Origin: an uncultured Nitrososphaerota archaeon
GTDB taxonomy: Archaea; Asgardarchaeota; Njordarchaeia; Njordarchaeales; Njordarchaeaceae
DNA: 19,412 nucleotides
Assembly (NCBI GenBank): GCA_964518475.1
Contig: CAZFGR010000029.1
Coordinates: 1-19,412, forward strand
Reading direction: 5' to 3'
Shown here: positions 7,825 to 16,484 of the stretch, piece after piece
How the letters are laid out: the number at the start of each line of letters is the position of its first letter
Numbering within the stretch: position 1 is the first letter of the stretch
The notes under the pieces: model-generated
Seen by the model: the letters and a program-made list of their open reading frames with translations, nothing else
Database searches by the model: none
What the model was told of the DNA's origin: nothing
Position numbers and translations under genes: made by a program

Positions 7825-8959
7825 GGAAGAGCGTGAAGTAACGCCTGAACTCTTAATGGAACTTTCAAGAGCCCTCAGAGAGCAGTCAACAGAATTAACA
7901 AACATAATCATTGATTTATCCAGAATAAGAGATGATTTACGTGAGATACTAAAGACCAACGGTTTTATTCGTAAAATAAGCGGATCCTTCGAAGACATTG
8001 TCTGCTACGCTATCGATTCTTCCTTTGCTGAAGCCTTACCACTAGTCGCGGGAGACTTCTTTCTTGTAACTGGTGGATACGTTAGGTATCCCCGAATCGT
8101 GGGAGATAAGAAGCAGAACTCAGGGCTTTTTGTGAATGTTAAATTCCAGAGCTATCAGATACAATCTCATAGAATAATATCAGCTTATGCACATTACCTC
8201 GAGAGAAAAATTGCCTTAAAGATATTAAACGATATGAGCAATTTCAACGCAATATTCGTGGACGGTCCAATCCTACCTCTCTACCTAACATTCACGCCTA
8301 ATGAAAAACTTTACCAAGAAGAGAAGGATCTTATCGCGATAACAGATGAATTGATAGAAGCGTGCAAAAAACGGGGTATATCAATTATTGGAGTTGTAAA
8401 GAGAGTTCGTAGTAGATTCCTGATAAATACTATCAGAGATTATCTCTCCAAGGACCTCTATGAGAGACTCCTATGCGTGGCTAATGATAAATCGCTTGGC
8501 TCATTAATTCTTGAAAGAGAAGAGGGAGTAAAGCTTGGGAGTATAGAGAAAAAAGGAACGATTTCTAAAGCTCTATTTATAGAGGACGAGACGGGGTATC
8601 TAGGAACGTTTTTATCAGAGCATCCATGGTTTTCCCAACAAGAATTCGTGATTATTAAGCCTAAGAAGTCAAGACAGATTGTGGCTGTAGAAGCTCTTGA
8701 TTACGCGAATATTGGTTTGGACAATATTTTAGCATGGATAAATACTCATGCAACACATACCGGCTGTCCTCAGGTTCTCGACCACGTAGATAGACTAGTC
8801 CAGGTAACCAGTAGTTTGTTAGAGATAGCGAGAAGACTCCTCACCAGAATCCTAGCGGATAATCTAAGAAGCACTGGTAAGTTTACAGAGTTTGAAATTC
8901 TTGAAATATTGATGGAATATGCTGATTTGCAGAAGAAATTTGCACCTAGAATGGGTTAG
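7817..8959 (+). CDS. nurA: NurA-family nuclease
   Basis: YAIDSS, LE helix, FVDGPI, IIGVVKR and C-terminal GCPQVLDHVD motifs. TTG 7817 follows a GGTGAG SD and overlaps the herA stop by 8 nt. Confidence 0.85.
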   Translation: MGEEEREVTPELLMELSRALREQSTELTNIIIDLSRIRDDLREILKTNGFIRKISGSFEDIVCYAIDSSFAEALPLVAGDFFLVTGGYVRYPRIVGDKKQNSGLFVNVKFQSYQIQSHRIISAYAHYLERKIALKILNDMSNFNAIFVDGPILPLYLTFTPNEKLYQEEKDLIAITDELIEACKKRGISIIGVVKRVRSRFLINTIRDYLSKDLYERLLCVANDKSLGSLILEREEGVKLGSIEKKGTISKALFIEDETGYLGTFLSEHPWFSQQEFVIIKPKKSRQIVAVEALDYANIGLDNILAWINTHATHTGCPQVLDHVDRLVQVTSSLLEIARRLLTRILADNLRSTGKFTEFEILEILMEYADLQKKFAPRMG

Positions 8960-9756
8960 AGCTCCTTCTCCTTTTCCTCTCTCGCACTAACTATTCTTTC
9001 AACAACTTTCTTCGGTAGTACGAAGTCTTCTTTTCTATACTCAACAGACCGAACAAGCTTCATCCCGATGCCATCTATAATCTTTATTTCCCACATTCTT
9101 AGGTCATGATCTGTTTGACGCATTTTCTCTACAATCAAGTATCTCCTCAATTCACCTTCCCGCACAAATCTCCTAAATCTAATAATACCGTCTGCAACAT
9201 GTTCAATACCAAAACCAAATGCATCACTCGTAGTAATAGCGTATTGAGAAGTCATTAATATTGTGAAGTTCCACTTGTATAGAGCCCTTTTTACCTGATA
9301 AGCATACTTCCGCGCCATCGCTGGCTTATCCAGCCAGAAAGCACTCATACTATCAATTACTAACCTAGCATGACCATAACCAAGAGTTTTCTTAGCTTTA
9401 ATAATCATAGCTATCAATTCATCTATTGTTAAACGAGACAATGACCATTCATCCCGTTGCTCCCTAAGAAGCGCATCAATAATAATTAGCTTACCTCTCG
9501 CCATGGCTTCTAGGAAATCCCATCCAAACTGTTCTGCTTGCCGAATGATACTTTCTCTGCTCTCTTCTGTGGTAACATATATTCCGGGATCCCCATTCTT
9601 TAATCCTTGAGCAATGAAATGGAGGCAGAGAATAGTTTTCCCAGTACCCGGCTCACCAGTAACTGCAACGACAAAACCCTTTGGTATCCCGCCACGCAAT
9701 ATTTTATCGAGCTCATCGACACCAGTAGATATACGCTCTATTCCTTTACTCACCAA
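8956..9756 (-). CDS. Single-domain KaiC-like / aRadC RecA-superfamily ATPase (SSO2452/PAE1156-type)
   Basis: STG..LD..L.GGIP, GEPGTGKT, TTEES, RLVIDS, DKPAMARK, SQYAITTS.AFGFGIEHVADGII and EKMRQT.H closely match the SSO2452-like subfamily as I recall it. Confidence 0.92.
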   Translation of the reverse strand: MVSKGIERISTGVDELDKILRGGIPKGFVVAVTGEPGTGKTILCLHFIAQGLKNGDPGIYVTTEESRESIIRQAEQFGWDFLEAMARGKLIIIDALLREQRDEWSLSRLTIDELIAMIIKAKKTLGYGHARLVIDSMSAFWLDKPAMARKYAYQVKRALYKWNFTILMTSQYAITTSDAFGFGIEHVADGIIRFRRFVREGELRRYLIVEKMRQTDHDLRMWEIKIIDGIGMKLVRSVEYRKEDFVLPKKVVERIVSAREEKEKEL

Positions 9757-9894
9757 AAAACACCATGCAGATCACAGTTGTCCTAGAATCTTTACCTAGC
9801 GATAAATGGAATTTAATTGTGTGCATCATAACATTATTATACCCTACTCACTACGTTTTGATTTTTGAAATAATTTCTTAGAGAGGTAGCACAA

Positions 9895-10401
9895 ATGAGC
9901 AAGAAAATATTGATCTTGTCCGCCGATGATTTCGAAGATATTGAACTTCTATATCCATATTATAGGTTGAAAGAAGAAGGTTTTGAAGTAGAAATAGCAT
10001 CTAATAAGGATACAATTTGTGGAAAACATGGATATGTCATCAAAGTAAACAAGAAATTTGAAGAAGTAAATCCTGAAGAATATGATGCCTTAATTCTACC
10101 AGGAGGACGAGCACCAGAACGAGTTAGACTTAACGAAAAAGCGGTAGCAATAACGAAACATTTTTTCGAAAAGAACAAACCAGTAGCAGCTATATGTCAC
10201 GGACCACAAGTATTGATATCAGCAGGAGTGGTGAAAGGACGCAAATTAACAAGTTGGTACGGAATTAAAGATGATGTAATAGCGGCTGGAGGAGAATGGA
10301 TAGATAAAGAAGTAATTGTGGATGGAAATCTAGTGACTTCTAGACACCCTGGCGACTTGCCAGCATGGATGCGTGAATTTATAAAACTATTAAAGAGATA
10401 G
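9895..10401 (+). CDS. pfpI: PfpI / DJ-1 family protease-deglycase
   Basis: FEDIELLYP, PGGRAPE, AAICHGPQ nucleophile elbow and LVTSRHPGDL. GAGGT SD. Confidence 0.96.
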   Translation: MSKKILILSADDFEDIELLYPYYRLKEEGFEVEIASNKDTICGKHGYVIKVNKKFEEVNPEEYDALILPGGRAPERVRLNEKAVAITKHFFEKNKPVAAICHGPQVLISAGVVKGRKLTSWYGIKDDVIAAGGEWIDKEVIVDGNLVTSRHPGDLPAWMREFIKLLKR

Positions 10402-10422
10402 TTTTTCTGGAGGGGATAACTA

Positions 10423-10758
10423 ATGTCGTTCGGTATAAGGGGTATTAGAAAAGTAGGTGAAATAGAAATATCGGATGAATTCCTTGCAACATATAAAAAG
10501 CTCCTGTTAAAAGCTGCTAAAAAATTCTTTGGTGAGTGGGTAGAGTTCAACTCTAACGAGAAAATAGTGGAAGGCATAATAATGGGAGAGCTCAGAAATA
10601 TGGTTGAATATGGTCATGCATATTGCCCGTGTAGAGTCGAAAAAATAAGAGAGCATATCTGTCCCTGCGAACCCGCGAAAAAGGAACTCGCCACTCAAGG
10701 AATCTGCCACTGCAGACTCTTCATAAACCCCAAGATATATAAGGAATCCCAAGAATGA
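10423..10758 (+). CDS. Ferredoxin-thioredoxin reductase catalytic-subunit-like Fe-S protein
   Basis: YCPCR...ICPC...CHCRLF, the CPC/CPC/CHC signature. GGAGG SD 21 nt after pfpI. Confidence 0.9.
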   Translation: MSFGIRGIRKVGEIEISDEFLATYKKLLLKAAKKFFGEWVEFNSNEKIVEGIIMGELRNMVEYGHAYCPCRVEKIREHICPCEPAKKELATQGICHCRLFINPKIYKESQE

Positions 10759-10769
10759 AAACGACGCGA

Positions 10770-11010
10770 TGAAAATCATTTTTGATAAAGGCAAGCCCAT
10801 TGTAGCTATTGTCATGAACTGCAAGTATTGATATCAGCGGAAGTCGTAAAAGGACGCAAGCTAACAAGCTGATATAGAATTAAAGGATGATGTTATAGCT
10901 GTTGGGAGAAAAATGAATTAATCAGGAAGTAGAAGTAGTGGTAGAAAGGAATTTGGTTTCTTCTAAACATTCTGGTACCCTCTCCGCATGGATGCGTAAA
11001 TTTATAAAAT
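10770..11010 (+). pseudogene. pfpI: Decayed 3' half of a second pfpI gene
   Basis: Colinear similarity to about 10150-10390. CAAGTATTGATATCAGC is exact (10207-10223 vs 10822-10838) and GCATGGATGCGT(G/A)AATTTATAAAA has one mismatch (from 10363 vs 10986). Contains frameshifts and a TGG>TGA stop. Confidence 0.9.
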
Positions 11011-11776
11011 ATTTTTATCAAGGACTTTCCGCATCATTCCGATACAGGTGAGATACCGAATAGTCTTATTGAGAAATATAAGGGAGATATATTTGATATA
11101 TTAACGCTTCCTGAGAGATATTATGGCAAGACATATGACTATCATAGATCTAGAGTAACGTGGTATATTGATGAGACTCTGAGAAATGTATCCGTTAGAG
11201 CGGATTTCCCCGTATTTGTTTCAAACAATAGATTTCTGGGAATAAAGATACTAACCAATAAGCCGGAAACTGACTATAGTTTTCAGAAAAGAATAATCTT
11301 TAACATTGTTTTATACTCCAATGCGGTACTTCAACTGAAACTCCTCAAGAAGATAAATCATGAGCTCTCAGAACTTATAAAAAATCCTAGAAAAATGACT
11401 CTAAGCGAAACTAGTTAGGTTAAGGGAATCAATATTTAGAAATATAGAAGAATATATAAACACGACAATTCAGAGATATGAAGCATGGCGTAAAGCTATG
11501 GAAGACGCTACTAAGGAATTAGGAATACCTGAATTATATGGGGCTGTAAAGGAAAGAATGGAAATGCTTAATATGTACATTCAAACAGCTTATCAAAAAG
11601 CCTCAAACGTGCTTTTCTTAATCCTAAATACGCTTGTAGTTGCGAGTGCCATAGCGGGTTTAATAGCATTCTTCCAAGGTATAGTTACGTATAGAACAGC
11701 ACTTTTACTCTTACTAGCTGTTGAGGGATTATGGATAACCTTGGCATATAAGTATTTTTCAAGATATATTAGCTGA
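11008..11776 (+). pseudogene. 5'-truncated, frameshifted CorA-like membrane protein gene (helical stalk plus two C-terminal TM helices)
   Basis: Frame 11008-11418 is open but has no N-terminal start codon (IFIKDFPHHS...LQLKLLKKINHELSELIKNPRKMTLSE). After a +1 shift at about 11405-11415 it continues LVRLRESIFRNIEEYIN...AMEDATKELGI... into two TM helices. No GMN motif. Confidence 0.72.
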
Positions 11777-11902
11777 GGCTCTTAGAGATGGAGTCAAAAA
11801 TAATTGAGTAACTTTTTTAATCAACAACCAATTCTAATTTCTTGGAAATTCGATAGCTAATCTCAATGTCTTCAGCATAAATTCTTTACGGGGGAATCAA
11901 TA

Positions 11903-12541
11903 CTGATCCTAGACTTTTTTATAAAAGTAGTTATAATTAGCTCCTCTGGTGCATTATCTCCTGGGCCTCTAACAGCATCTACGATAGGTACTGGTTTGAA
12001 GAAGGGTTGGAGAGCAGGCCTAGCTATAAGTTTTGGGCACGCATTAGTTGAGTTTCCCTTCATTATATCTATAGCATTTGGAATAGCGATGTTTTTAACA
12101 AATGAGATCGCGGTCAAACTCATAGGTGGAGTGGGGAGTATTCTTCTAATCTACCTAGGTATCGGCATGATTAGTGATGCTTTAAAAGAACAATCAAATG
12201 CGCCTATTGCAAGACTGCACGAAAAACCCTTATTACTAGGAGCACTTTTATCAGCACTCAACCCCTTCTTCCTGATTTGGTGGATCTTTATTGGTGGCAT
12301 ATTAATCATAGAGGCAATATCCTTATTCGGATATATCGGTATAATTATTCTCTTTGTCATGCATGTTTGGCTAGATTTCGTATGGTTAATAGGTCTATCG
12401 CAGCTGAGTTACAAGGGTAAGAACATTATGAAAACAAAAGGCTATAAGGTTACCTTAGCCGTAATTGGAATTCTCCTAATAATATTTGCGATAGATCTAA
12501 TCGCCTCAATCTTTATTGGACAGAAAATACTGCCGTTTTAA
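11903..12541 (+). CDS. LysE-family translocator, probable non-canonical start (CTG 11903 or ATA 11900)
   Basis: The conserved SGALSPGP motif is in frame upstream of the ORF-track start at 11996. Also GHALVE, LNPFFLIWW and HVWLD motifs. GGGGG SD at 11890-11894. Confidence 0.88.
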   Translation: MILDFFIKVVIISSSGALSPGPLTASTIGTGLKKGWRAGLAISFGHALVEFPFIISIAFGIAMFLTNEIAVKLIGGVGSILLIYLGIGMISDALKEQSNAPIARLHEKPLLLGALLSALNPFFLIWWIFIGGILIIEAISLFGYIGIIILFVMHVWLDFVWLIGLSQLSYKGKNIMKTKGYKVTLAVIGILLIIFAIDLIASIFIGQKILPF

Positions 12542-12636
12542 AAACCTCATATGAAAACATTTTTATTCTCTTTCACGATTATTATTAAACGTAAACATTG
12601 TTACAAATTCTAAAAGCTAAAAATGTGGTGAAAATC

Positions 12637-13452
12637 ATGGAGAGCATGTTATTCTTACCAGGAGAACACAACGATATTGTGTATGACGTAGGAACATGGT
12701 ATTTAATAGTAGGAATCCTAGCCCTAATAGCAGCACCGTTCTCATTTATTTCAATGTTCCCAATGACGGCAGCTCCCATACGCACTGAAACTATATCATA
12801 TGTTATAGGTACTCTAGTAATGGGAGCTCTTATAGGAGTAATAGCCAGTATCGTAGAGATCATAGCACTACTAAAGACAAGACGATTACAAGAAGTTAGC
12901 GGGGAAGAATTATTCTCTACGGGGCCGATTCTCATCCTTATAGGAATAGTTCTCAACGTCATTGGCACAATAATAATTTTCTTTGCGATCTTTACAAGCG
13001 CAGCGATTGGACCCGAAGCTCTCTTTTCAACAGTAGTATCTATGGCCTTCTTCTCTATAATTGCTGGATTGCTAGCCTTTATAGGAAGGATACTACTAGC
13101 AATCGCTTTCTGGAGGTTCGGTGATTTGAACAGATCTGATCTTATTCAGGTAGGGGCACTCATATGGATATTCTTAGCGTTCATAGGTTATCTGTTACTG
13201 GGCTACGCTATGAGGAGTATGGCCAATAATGGTAGATCATTCTTGGTAAATGAGACATTAATAGAGACGATTAAAAAGAGGTTGAAAGAGGAGTTCCCAG
13301 ACGGAGCCTCCATAGATGTAAGAGACCTTGCAAAACAGTATAATGTCCCGCCTTATCTTCTCCTCGCTATGGTAAATCACTGGATAGTTACGGGAGAACT
13401 GGAAGGTACGCTAATGAAATATACTTACATTGTGAGAAGATCTTCCGCATGA
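12637..13452 (+). CDS. Multi-pass membrane protein (DUF973/DUF996-like) with C-terminal winged-helix-like domain
   Basis: ATG 12637 after a GGTGA SD. About 5-6 TM segments, then a soluble tail IDVRDLAKQYNVP...VNHWIVTGELEGTL. Confidence 0.65.
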   Translation: MESMLFLPGEHNDIVYDVGTWYLIVGILALIAAPFSFISMFPMTAAPIRTETISYVIGTLVMGALIGVIASIVEIIALLKTRRLQEVSGEELFSTGPILILIGIVLNVIGTIIIFFAIFTSAAIGPEALFSTVVSMAFFSIIAGLLAFIGRILLAIAFWRFGDLNRSDLIQVGALIWIFLAFIGYLLLGYAMRSMANNGRSFLVNETLIETIKKRLKEEFPDGASIDVRDLAKQYNVPPYLLLAMVNHWIVTGELEGTLMKYTYIVRRSSA

Positions 13453-13487
13453 ATTTTTCACACTTTTACATTTTTTGGTGGATCTAT

Positions 13488-14930
13488 TTGTGTGGAATAG
13501 CTGGTGTTTACGACTTTAAAAGTGCGAGAGCCGGAGAGTTTCTTGAAAAGATGCTTAAGGCACTAAAGCATCGAGGACCCGATGGATCAGGATTCTTAAT
13601 CGATGATATAAGCAACTATGGTGACTTAGAAACACTTGTATTTCCAGAAGGTAGAGTGGGGATTGGTCATAATAGATTAGCCATAACCTGGCATGGATTA
13701 CAACCAATAAGGAACGAAGACAACTCTCTCTGGATTGTTCATAATGGAGAAATATACAACTATAAACAACTTCGTTCAAAACTTGAGAAAAAGGGGCATC
13801 GCTTTCTAACATCTACAGACTCTGAAGTAATCCTACACGCATTTGAACAAGGATTATTAAGCGAACTCCTCGGCGATTATGCCTTCGCCATCTATGATAA
13901 AAAACATGAGAGACTTCTCCTATATCGAGACGCCGTCGGAATCCGCCCGTTATTCTATGGTATAGGAGATGGAGTAATCCTTTTCGCATCTGAAAGAAAG
14001 GCTCTGAGAGAATTCTCTACGAGTATTCATCGTTTACCTCCTGGACATCGAATGATTATAGAGAACAATGGATACGTTATTGAGGAATTTGAGAATTTAG
14101 TCTCTCGGTTTCGGGGAATTAAAAAAGAAAAGGATCTGGATAGATTACTAAGTGAGTTAGAAGAGAGGCTTATTCTCTCTATAGAAGCCAGGAAATATAC
14201 TCCATTAGGAATGTTTTTCTCGGGAGGAGTAGATAGTTCCGTAATAGCTAAACTAGCGGCTAATCAAGGAATAGATATTACACTATTCTCCGCAGGACTG
14301 AAGGATTCCCACGACTTAAAGTGGGCGCGTAAAGTAGCTGAGATACTGAAATTACCGCTTGAAGAACGCGTAATAAGAGAGGATGAAATAGAGGAACTAT
14401 TAAGAAAAACAGTGAGAGCTATCGATGAGACGGATCCATTAAAAGTGTTGATTGGTATTCCTATATACGCTACAGCTGAAAAAGCCCGTGAATGCGGTTT
14501 TAGAGTAATGTTCTCGGGTCAAGGAGCTGATGAATTATTCGGAGGTTATGCTAGATATCTGAGATCCAGTGATCCTGTTCAAGAAATGGTACGGGATTTC
14601 GCTAACCTCTATTTAAATAACCTTGAGAGGGATGATCATTGCGCAATGGCTAATAGCATAGAGGTGCGCTATCCATACTTAGATATTAGAGTTGTAGAGG
14701 TTGCTTTCAAAACACCTCTAGAGTACAAGATATGTGGAGGCTTAAGAAAGTATATTCTCAGGAAACTGGGAAGAAAAATAGGATTGCCAAAAGAAGTTTG
14801 CGAAAAACCCAAAAAAGCCGTACAATATGGAACCGGAGTAACTAAGTTTTTAAAGAAAATGGCTAAGAGAAAGAGTTTGTCATTAAGGGACTATATCATA
14901 AAAGTGCTTGAGGAGGAAATGATTAACTAA
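13488..14930 (+). CDS. asnB: Asparagine synthetase (glutamine-hydrolysing)
   Basis: TTG start gives M-CGIAG (Ntn Cys). HRGPD, HNRLAI, NGEIYNY, SGGVDSS, SGQGADELFGGY and EVRYPYLD motifs. Confidence 0.95.
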   Translation: MCGIAGVYDFKSARAGEFLEKMLKALKHRGPDGSGFLIDDISNYGDLETLVFPEGRVGIGHNRLAITWHGLQPIRNEDNSLWIVHNGEIYNYKQLRSKLEKKGHRFLTSTDSEVILHAFEQGLLSELLGDYAFAIYDKKHERLLLYRDAVGIRPLFYGIGDGVILFASERKALREFSTSIHRLPPGHRMIIENNGYVIEEFENLVSRFRGIKKEKDLDRLLSELEERLILSIEARKYTPLGMFFSGGVDSSVIAKLAANQGIDITLFSAGLKDSHDLKWARKVAEILKLPLEERVIREDEIEELLRKTVRAIDETDPLKVLIGIPIYATAEKARECGFRVMFSGQGADELFGGYARYLRSSDPVQEMVRDFANLYLNNLERDDHCAMANSIEVRYPYLDIRVVEVAFKTPLEYKICGGLRKYILRKLGRKIGLPKEVCEKPKKAVQYGTGVTKFLKKMAKRKSLSLRDYIIKVLEEEMIN

Positions 14931-14945
14931 TTTTCCCAAAATCCT

Positions 14946-16445
14946 CTAGATCGGGAATTTTATCTCCCTATATCTTCTACCAAATCTCAGAACACTGATT
15001 ACCCCATATAAACTAGAAGCGAAACCTCTAATCAACTGGCGCTTATTTATTCTCCTTTCCTTTACAGCATCGCATAGAAGTGTGACAAATTCATTATTTT
15101 CAGAAATCGCTGCTGCGTAACCGAGTTTTACTCCAAGATCATTAGATAACCATGCAAGGCACTCGCGATCTCGTTTACAGATATTAGAGATTTCATTTAC
15201 ACTTTTTCTAAAACTCTCTAAAGCCCATTCCCCGTTAATAACAGATAATAACATGGCAAGGGAATTCCTCAAACGAAAGTGGAAACCAACCTCTATCTCT
15301 GGGGAATCTCGATAAAGTTTTTGGAGAGATTGTAGCAGGTTAGAGTATCTATTGAATTGACGGGTGGCGAGCATACTATTGTAGATATTATATATTAATG
15401 AATCTATAGCCTCACTTAAGTTATTAGCTACGCTTTCTACGTAAAAAAGAACGTCTTCCTGAACCTCCTTAGCTCCAGTTTTCTCCTTCAAAAAATTCAT
15501 TGCATACTCAGTAAACTCATCTAAATCCCTCGGAGAAAAAGATTCACCAGCGAATAAGGAAGTTTGAAAATCTAGCAAATATTGTAAGATTCTAGAGAAT
15601 TCTTGAACCAACTTACTAGCTTCCGAAATAAACTGGTCGAGATCAGCTTCTCTGGTTAATGCAAATAGTAGTCCAGTACGACCAAGAAGGCGTCGCGAAA
15701 AGGAAAATAGAGTGCTAGAATCCCCATACACTATCCATTCATTTGAGACTTCCTTAAAAATATCGTTTGTCAATTTTTCTTTTCCTATTGTCTTTAACGC
15801 AAGAATAAGAGCCGCCACGAAAGGGATATTAAAAACATCCTTTTTAGCAATCTTCTCATAAAACTTTTCATAAATTAATAATACGCTCCTATGAGGAGGC
15901 TTTAGGAAAAGGGAGTGCCTCAAATAAGCCGTTAAGACCTGATAAAAATTCTCAACCGATGAAAGATTTTGATAGAACCCATATACTTTCTCTAAAATAT
16001 TATCGATCTCAATGGAGAATAAGAAGGCATATCTGAAAAAAAGTTCGAAAAACAAATTAACACTAGCAAGACCTCTTCCTTTGTTACGGCCGATATTTTT
16101 CAAGACCTCAGCTATCCTATCGAAGAATTTTTCGAATTTGTCCCAATCCTTAGAGAACCTGATAATCATGAAACTTGCCAATTCTAGAACTTCCTTAGGA
16201 TCCCTAGAGAACCAGTAATTAAACAACTTCTCAACTCTTGCGAAAGTCTCATTATCTTCTAGAAACAACGCGGCTTCCCCTAGCAAGACTAGGCTTCTTC
16301 TTCCCAATTCGCTGACTCTATCCTTGACCTCTTCGTAGATTTCATGATAGTTATACGCTATACTAGGCAACAATAAGAGACACTTCTCTAAGAGGTAATC
16401 CTTATCTCGAATAAGTGAGTAGAGATTGCTAAGATCTAGAGACAT
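14946..16445 (-). CDS. Hypothetical all-alpha protein (about 500 aa)
   Basis: Long ORF (ATG 16445 or TTG 16457) with a Leu/Phe/Glu/Lys-rich amphipathic helix pattern and no catalytic motif I recognise. Confidence 0.8.
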   Translation of the reverse strand: MSLDLSNLYSLIRDKDYLLEKCLLLLPSIAYNYHEIYEEVKDRVSELGRRSLVLLGEAALFLEDNETFARVEKLFNYWFSRDPKEVLELASFMIIRFSKDWDKFEKFFDRIAEVLKNIGRNKGRGLASVNLFFELFFRYAFLFSIEIDNILEKVYGFYQNLSSVENFYQVLTAYLRHSLFLKPPHRSVLLIYEKFYEKIAKKDVFNIPFVAALILALKTIGKEKLTNDIFKEVSNEWIVYGDSSTLFSFSRRLLGRTGLLFALTREADLDQFISEASKLVQEFSRILQYLLDFQTSLFAGESFSPRDLDEFTEYAMNFLKEKTGAKEVQEDVLFYVESVANNLSEAIDSLIYNIYNSMLATRQFNRYSNLLQSLQKLYRDSPEIEVGFHFRLRNSLAMLLSVINGEWALESFRKSVNEISNICKRDRECLAWLSNDLGVKLGYAAAISENNEFVTLLCDAVKERRINKRQLIRGFASSLYGVISVLRFGRRYREIKFPI

Positions 16446-16484
16446 CAGTAATCCCAAAAATAATTTTGGAGAAATTGATAACTA

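Noticed and set aside
8956-9756. Circadian KaiC clock gene
   Set aside because: It has a single ATPase domain, no kaiA or kaiB is present, and it matches the aRadC subfamily.
11405-11415. Programmed ribosomal frameshift in the CorA-like gene
   Set aside because: There is no slippery heptamer and the gene also lacks its 5' end, so decay or an assembly error is the simpler explanation.
13488-14930. AsnB as a lasso-peptide cyclase or RiPP enzyme linked to TldD/E
   Set aside because: It has an intact Ntn glutaminase Cys and an ordinary AsnB layout, with no precursor, B protein or YcaO nearby.
941-16218. Short antisense or overlapping ORFs in the track (e.g. 941-1153, 1689-1913, 2798-3088, 4508-4777, 5933-6214, 10197-10577, 10507-10824, 12585-12968, 16012-16218)
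   Set aside because: They are shadow frames of well-supported genes and show no recognisable protein motifs.
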